Notes under the pieces: model-generated | Database searches by the model: none | The model's input: only the letters and a program-made list of their open reading frames with translations | What the model was told of the DNA's origin: nothing | Made by a program: the position numbers and the translations under genes | Part shown: positions 58,609-64,000 of the stretch, piece by piece | Numbering within the stretch: the first letter of the stretch is position 1 | How the letters are laid out: each line of letters starts with the position of its first letter | Assembly: GCA_964347045.1 (NCBI GenBank) | Contig: CAYFXC010000005.1 | Coordinates: 98,282 to 162,281 of the forward strand | DNA from: an uncultured archaeon | GTDB taxonomy: Archaea; Asgardarchaeota; Hermodarchaeia; Hermodarchaeales; Hermodarchaeaceae | Reading direction: 5' to 3' | DNA: 64,000 nt

Positions 58609-59778
58609 ATGAGACCTGTATCTGTTGTTGGAGTTGGACTCACTCAATGGGGTAAACGTGATGACGTTTCTTTGGGTGAGCTTATTGTCGAATCAGCAGA
58701 ACATGCCTTTGAAGATATGAAGGGGCTAGCATCCAAAGATATTGAAGCACTGTATGTTGCTAATGCCCAATCAGAAAGATTCACTGAACAGGCTCATCCA
58801 GCAAACCTTGCTGCTGAATTTCTTGGTATGTCGCCAAAGGTTACCTCCAGAGTTGAAATGGCCTGTGCAAGTGGAGGTGCAGCGTTTCGAAATGCCTTCT
58901 TTGCCATAGCGTCTGGACAAGCAGACTCTGCCCTTGTTTCTGGTGTGGAAAAAATGTGCAATGTGCCTTCCCCTGAAGCCATGCGCAATCTTTGCCTAGT
59001 TGAAGATCTGACCTGGGAAAGTTTTCATGGTATGATTCCTCCTTCCGGATTTGCCCTCATTGCATCACGTTATATGCATGAGTATGGTGTGACCCAAGAG
59101 CAACTAGCTAAGATTGCTGTGAAAAATCATAAGAATGGTAGTAAAAATCCCATTGCCCAATTTCGGAAGGAAATCACAATTGAAACCGTCCTTGAGTCTC
59201 CAATGATTGCGCACCCACTGAATCTTTTCGACTGTAGTCCGATTTCAGATGGATCAGCTGCTGCAATTCTTGTCCCCGCAAAAGATGCGAGAAAATACAA
59301 CGATACTCCAGTTGATGTAATCGGTTCAGGACAGTTTATGGAACCTTCCTTCAACTGTTCGAATATGCAGAGCCTTACGACTTGGCGCGCATTAGTTAAT
59401 GCTGCGAAAAATGCCTATTCCATGGCAAAACTCACACCCAAAGATATGGATCTAGCTGAAACCCACGATTGCTTTACCATCGCTGAGCTCATCGAATATG
59501 AAGATCTTGGGCTATGCAAAAAGGGTGAAGGCCCGAAACTCGTTGATAGTGGGGATACGGAAATAGGAGGTCGAATTCCAGTCAATCCATCTGGAGGTCT
59601 CAAATCAAAAGGACATCCAGTTGGTGCTACAGGAGTTGCCCAAATTGTCGAAGTAACTGAACAACTTCGTGGTGAAGGCGGCCCTCGTCAAGTCGATGGT
59701 GCAACAATAGGGATCACCCAGAACCTAAGCGGCTTTGCGACACATCACGTGGTTCATATTCTTCGGAGGCAGAACTAA
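58609..59778 (+). CDS. Thiolase (SCP2/archaeal type)
   Basis: EMACASG, HDCF, GHPVGATG. Confidence 0.93.
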   Translation: MRPVSVVGVGLTQWGKRDDVSLGELIVESAEHAFEDMKGLASKDIEALYVANAQSERFTEQAHPANLAAEFLGMSPKVTSRVEMACASGGAAFRNAFFAIASGQADSALVSGVEKMCNVPSPEAMRNLCLVEDLTWESFHGMIPPSGFALIASRYMHEYGVTQEQLAKIAVKNHKNGSKNPIAQFRKEITIETVLESPMIAHPLNLFDCSPISDGSAAAILVPAKDARKYNDTPVDVIGSGQFMEPSFNCSNMQSLTTWRALVNAAKNAYSMAKLTPKDMDLAETHDCFTIAELIEYEDLGLCKKGEGPKLVDSGDTEIGGRIPVNPSGGLKSKGHPVGATGVAQIVEVTEQLRGEGGPRQVDGATIGITQNLSGFATHHVVHILRRQN

Positions 59779-59779
59779 G

Positions 59780-60190
59780 ATGACCGAACAACCCATGGAT
59801 ATACCCTACACTCTTGTCTATCCTCAAACTCAAATCAAGCAATTCTGGGATAACCTTGCTCAAAACAAATTCACCACAACCAAATGTCCTAGGTGCGGTG
59901 TCTTATGGCCACCCAAATCAACTTGTCCCCAATGTGGAGCAAAGGCTGCTGAGTGGATTGAACTGAAAGGAACTGGTGAAATCTACGCAAAAACCCTTGT
60001 TGGAGCTGCACCTCCCGCATACAAGAAATTGTTACCTTACATCCTTGCTGTTGGGAAACTCGAAGAAGGGATACTAGTCGTTGCTCGGGTAGAAAATTCG
60101 AAATTTGAAGACCTCAAAATTGGAACACCAATTAATATTAGGATAAAGAAATCATTTGGTCTTGATTCCTACGTGTTCGTACCTGCCTAA
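59780..60190 (+). CDS. DUF35 Zn-ribbon/OB-fold protein
   Basis: CPRCG.LWPP..CPQCG; ATG directly after the thiolase stop. Confidence 0.9.
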   Translation: MTEQPMDIPYTLVYPQTQIKQFWDNLAQNKFTTTKCPRCGVLWPPKSTCPQCGAKAAEWIELKGTGEIYAKTLVGAAPPAYKKLLPYILAVGKLEEGILVVARVENSKFEDLKIGTPINIRIKKSFGLDSYVFVPA

Positions 60191-60331
60191 CTCACATTAA
60201 CTTTCAGATTTGTAGACACTTTGAAGTCAAAATATAAACTAACTATTTTCATAGTGTTTTTTATGCCTATTGAAAATTGTCGTATCAAGTAGAAACTTCA
60301 AATAAGAGAATTCGGTATTAACCCAACTACT

Positions 60332-61279
60332 TTGGTGGTTATGTTGGCAAAACCCAAATACAAAGAAATTCTTTACGAGAAGAAAGACTGGGTCGCCACC
60401 CTTACAATCAATCGCCCGGACAAATTCAATGCATATACACTTTTGACACTCAACGAAATGTGTGATGCCCTTCATACTGCATCATGGGATGATGAAGTAG
60501 GTGTCATTGTTGTCACCGGTGCAGGCAATAAAGCATTTTGCACCGGAGGTGACGTAAAAGAATATGCAACAAAGTATACAAAGAAACCCAGAGATTTCTG
60601 GAAATGGTGCGAGATTTTTGAACGCGCTCTACATCTATTACGGCATTGTGGAAAACCGGTAATAGCCAGGCTAAATGGCATTGTTGCTGGTGGTGGCAAT
60701 GAACTTCAAATGGCATGCGACCTAGCAATCGCTGCAGACCATGTCGAAATATTACAGGTTGGAACTCGTGTCGGGAGTGTCGCTGCAGGGGGCGCAACTC
60801 AGTGGTTACCAATCATTATTGGCGATCGACGAGCCCGAGAAATGCTGTTTACATGCGATCGAATCAGTGCTGAAAAAGCCAAGGATTGGGGGCTGGTAAA
60901 CGAAGTTGTTCCCTATGACAAGCTAGATGAAACCATAGCTGAGTGGTCAAAGAAAATTCTTGAAAAATTCCCTGAATGTCTTCGTTTTACCAAGGCTCAA
61001 ACTAATTTCTGGAAAGACTTTGTTTGGTCTCTCACCTGGCCAAGTGTTCGAGACTGGCTCAGTGTACACTTCAGTTCCCAAGAACCCCATGAAGGTATGT
61101 GGGCGTTCGTTGAGAAACGACCTCCAGCATATATGCGACTCCGACAAGAAGCTGCGGATGGTAAATCACCTGAATTCAAATGGGGACCTTGGGAAAAGAC
61201 ATGCCCCAGTTGTGGAACGCAATACCTACCAAGCGAGTTTACACATTGTGGAAAATGTGGTGAAAAGCTCGACAAATAA
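60332..61279 (+). CDS. Crotonase-family C-C hydrolase (Oah/BamA-, BadI- or MenB-like) with C-terminal Zn ribbon
   Basis: AFCTGGD.KEY, GGGNE, QVGTRVGS..AGG, FPECLR.TK..NFWK..W; CPSCG...CGKCG. Confidence 0.75.
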   Translation: MVVMLAKPKYKEILYEKKDWVATLTINRPDKFNAYTLLTLNEMCDALHTASWDDEVGVIVVTGAGNKAFCTGGDVKEYATKYTKKPRDFWKWCEIFERALHLLRHCGKPVIARLNGIVAGGGNELQMACDLAIAADHVEILQVGTRVGSVAAGGATQWLPIIIGDRRAREMLFTCDRISAEKAKDWGLVNEVVPYDKLDETIAEWSKKILEKFPECLRFTKAQTNFWKDFVWSLTWPSVRDWLSVHFSSQEPHEGMWAFVEKRPPAYMRLRQEAADGKSPEFKWGPWEKTCPSCGTQYLPSEFTHCGKCGEKLDK

Positions 61280-61363
61280 CCCAGATTCACTTCTCAAATA
61301 ACCCCTAATTCCACCTCAATGCGAGGTTTTGAGTCAATGGTGGGTTCAAGATAGGATTAGAGT

Positions 61364-62284
61364 TTATTTGTTCCAATCGTAGAATCCTTGCTTTGTCTTC
61401 CTACCTAGTTTGCCTTCTTTAACCATCTTTCCAAGTAATGGCGCTGCTGCGTATTTTTGTTCATCCATCTCTTTTTGGAATACTTTTGTGATGGAAAGGG
61501 TGGTATCTAGTCCTACATAATCCAAGAGCGTGATTGGTCCCATTGGCCAGTTCAACCCCAACTTAATGGCTTTATCAATATCTTCTGGCTCAGCAACATC
61601 CTCTTGGAGTAACCAGATGGCTTCGTTGAGTGCAGGAACTAGTATCCGATTGACAATAAAACCTGGTGAATCCTTTTTGCAAAGCACGGTTTCCTTACCC
61701 ATTTTCTGTGATACTTGTTTAACCACTGATACTGTGTTATCTGATGTTTTATCTCCCCGAATAATTTCAACCAGTTTCATTATTTGTACGGGGTTAAAAA
61801 AGTGCATACCAACGACCTTATCAGGGCGTTTTGTTGCCGTGGCTATGCGGCTAATACTGATAGAGGAAGTGTTCGATGAGAGTATTGCATGCGGTGGTGC
61901 AAGTTGATCTATTTCAGCAAAGATCTTCTTTTTTAGCTCTAGATTTTCGGGAACTGCCTCGATAACGAAATCGGTGTCACTCATTGCTTCTTTCATATCA
62001 AGAGTAGGATGAATTCGTTGGAGTGTTGCATCGGCATCGGTTTGAGCGAGTTTCTCTTTTTCAACAAGTTTTCCAAGGCTCCATTGAATTCGACCCATGC
62101 CTGTGTCAATGAATTCTTGTTTGATATCTTTCAAGGACACCTCGTATCCAGCTATCTGAGCTAGGACCTGTGTTATGCCGTGACCCATGAGTCCAGCACC
62201 AATGACTGAGACTTTTTTGATTTCCAAAAGCGTCACCTCGCAGTGGTTATGCAAGATGTTGTTAAAAAATCTGTCATTCGCCAA
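61364..62284 (-). CDS. hbd: 3-hydroxyacyl-CoA (3-hydroxybutyryl-CoA) dehydrogenase
   Basis: GAGLMGHG, IEAVPE, SNTSS, GMHFFNP, PGFIVNR, PMGP; true start ~18 codons downstream. Confidence 0.93.
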   Translation of the reverse strand: MANDRFFNNILHNHCEVTLLEIKKVSVIGAGLMGHGITQVLAQIAGYEVSLKDIKQEFIDTGMGRIQWSLGKLVEKEKLAQTDADATLQRIHPTLDMKEAMSDTDFVIEAVPENLELKKKIFAEIDQLAPPHAILSSNTSSISISRIATATKRPDKVVGMHFFNPVQIMKLVEIIRGDKTSDNTVSVVKQVSQKMGKETVLCKKDSPGFIVNRILVPALNEAIWLLQEDVAEPEDIDKAIKLGLNWPMGPITLLDYVGLDTTLSITKVFQKEMDEQKYAAAPLLGKMVKEGKLGRKTKQGFYDWNK

Positions 62285-62352
62285 AAATACGAGTTACTAC
62301 CCAGCGTATTTTTATGAGAAATTAGCTATCTTTGGGAATAGAGAGGATTCAT

Positions 62353-63582
62353 ATGCGCCTTGTGATTATCGGAAGCGGAGCTGCTGGGCTAAGTGCTGTA
62401 CAAACACTGATAGAACATCAAAATTCCTCTGAAGTTGTGCTAATAACAAAGGATACGCGATTCTACGCGTTGTTCTCTCTTCCCTCTTTCGTCGCTGGAG
62501 AAATTGATGAAGAATATCTCGATCGATTTGACCTACAATACTTTGAAGACTCTGGAATCACAATGAAACTGGACACAAATGTCACAGCGGTGAATCCTCA
62601 GACCAACTCGGTTCTCCTCGAAACCGGGGAAGAACTTCCTTATGATCGGCTCCTCATTGCTACTGGTGCATCTGCAATCAAACCTCCAATAGAAGGGCTT
62701 GATAAAGATGGTGTCGTAACTCTGGTAAATCTACGAGATAGCAAAGACATCCTAGCGAGAGCGAAACGCAAAGTAAAACATGCAGTTGTTATTGGCGGGG
62801 GATTTGTTGGTATCGAAAGTGCTACAGCGCTCCATCGCCTTGGTGTCCAAGTGACAATCATTGAAAGAGAAAGTCATCTTCTCCCTCGAATGCTAGATGA
62901 AGATACAGCCAAAATCGTGAACCAACTACTGCAGGAACATGATGTAGAAGTTCATACTTCAACTAGTGTAAGCCAAATTCTTGGTAGTAATAACATCCAA
63001 GGAGTACGAATTGATGGAAAACAACTTGAATGCGATTTGGTCATCGTGGCTGTGGGTGTTCGTCCAAACCTTGACATCATCAAAGGAACTCAAATCACAA
63101 CCAATGAAGGAATTCTAGTCAACGAATACATGCAAACCAATGTGAAAAACATTTATGCTGCCGGAGACGTTGCGGAAGCATTAGAACGTGCTACGAACGA
63201 ATTAAGAGTCAATGCAATATGGCCCAATGCTATTGCCCAGGGTCGTGTCGCAGCACAAAATATGGTTGGTCAACAGGTTTCCTATCAGGGATCTGATGCC
63301 CTCAACCTGATTAACATCTTCGAGACACCTGTGGTTAGTATCGGTCAGACTTCAAAAGAGATAGGGGCTTGTGAAGTGTCCCAGGTCCACCGAAAAAAGG
63401 TTTACAGGAAACTTCTTCTTTGTGATGGTAAGGTCATGGGGTACCAAGCAATTGGAGATCTTCGAAACGCCGGATTTATTCTGCAAGCTCATCGAACAGG
63501 CGCTAATATAAAAGGAGTCCTCAACTCTTTGAAAAAAGATAATATCATCGGCCAGCATTATTGGCGCATTGAAAAAAAGTGA
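62353..63582 (+). CDS. FAD/NAD(P)-dependent oxidoreductase (NADH oxidase/rubredoxin reductase-like)
   Basis: GSGAAG, ATGA, GGGFVGIE, IYAAGD; SD GAGG before ATG 62353. Confidence 0.9.
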   Translation: MRLVIIGSGAAGLSAVQTLIEHQNSSEVVLITKDTRFYALFSLPSFVAGEIDEEYLDRFDLQYFEDSGITMKLDTNVTAVNPQTNSVLLETGEELPYDRLLIATGASAIKPPIEGLDKDGVVTLVNLRDSKDILARAKRKVKHAVVIGGGFVGIESATALHRLGVQVTIIERESHLLPRMLDEDTAKIVNQLLQEHDVEVHTSTSVSQILGSNNIQGVRIDGKQLECDLVIVAVGVRPNLDIIKGTQITTNEGILVNEYMQTNVKNIYAAGDVAEALERATNELRVNAIWPNAIAQGRVAAQNMVGQQVSYQGSDALNLINIFETPVVSIGQTSKEIGACEVSQVHRKKVYRKLLLCDGKVMGYQAIGDLRNAGFILQAHRTGANIKGVLNSLKKDNIIGQHYWRIEKK

Positions 63583-63645
63583 ATTTACTCAATGTGGTTC
63601 TTTAGCTTATTCACTGATTTCGATCTTATTTCCGATATCTCAGAG

Positions 63646-63999
63646 TCAAGTCCTAAGTTGATTTGCTATTTTTTTTCCGAAATCTATGCATTTTGGGAAC
63701 TCTCCATCTGTGACTGGTCCCTTCATTCCATCAACTCTTACTGACAGACCAGAAGCTATTAGCTTCAATCTGGGAACCTTTTCGTTTATTCTCTTCTCCA
63801 TCTTCTTCACAGACTTTTCGAAGTCTTCTCCTAGATAGGTGTCGAAAACAGCGACCCATTTCGCTTTCAAGTCAAGTTTGCCAAGTTTATCAATAAACCT
63901 ATTAATACCTCTAACGGGCCCTCCAAAATGTGTTGGTGATCCTATCAATATTGCATCATAATTGGCTGCCTCTTTGGGATCGATTTTCTCCACATCACT
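63646..63999 (-). CDS. Flavodoxin (5' end outside the window)
   Basis: YDAILIGSPTH, AVFDT; frame open to the window edge. Confidence 0.85.
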   Translation of the reverse strand, partial: SDVEKIDPKEAANYDAILIGSPTHFGGPVRGINRFIDKLGKLDLKAKWVAVFDTYLGEDFEKSVKKMEKRINEKVPRLKLIASGLSVRVDGMKGPVTDGEFPKCIDFGKKIANQLRT

Positions 64000-64000
64000 G

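Noticed and set aside
1-64000. CRISPR arrays, tRNA/rRNA genes, transposases, integrases
   Set aside because: No regularly spaced repeats, cloverleafs or DDE/tyrosine-recombinase motifs were recognised by eye; short or intron-containing tRNAs could have been missed.

Overview
Chromosomal window from an archaeon (TFB, G1P dehydrogenase EgsA, archaeal-type ProRS, GGTGA Shine-Dalgarno motifs, PGF-type C-terminal sorting signal). It is almost certainly an Asgard archaeon, given several eukaryotic-signature proteins: a two-domain gelsolin, a probable single-domain ProGel-like protein, a longin-small GTPase fusion, a longin-roadblock-winged-helix protein and a Sec23/24-like Zn-finger/vWA protein. 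A Hermod/Thor-like lineage is a guess only. Metabolic blocks: corrinoid-dependent methyl transfer (non-Pyl MttB, corrinoid protein, MtaA-like, RACo, truncated MtrH), peptide and amino-acid use (C25-like surface protease, serine hydrolase, OPT transporter, tdh/kbl), and an 11 kb acyl-CoA/beta-oxidation cluster with a ring-hydrolase-like crotonase. A mosaic of gene fragments lies at about 13.8-16.9 kb. Most striking unexplained signals: (1) a stand-alone ~59-aa WH2/actobindin-like protein directly behind the ProGel-like gene; (2) a 1.3 kb 'intergenic' region holding three SD-led micro-ORFs, two sharing an RNP..F.[RK]A..RR pattern, plus a ~120-nt closed RNA stem; (3) a Pro-rich uORF inside a 12-bp leader stem upstream of proS; (4) a paralogous coiled-coil/winged-helix gene pair; (5) a MinD/ParA + longin-roadblock-wH pair divergent from a membrane protein with an HhH tail. 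No rRNA, tRNA, CRISPR array or transposase was recognised. All family calls come from motif recognition by eye, without database searches.
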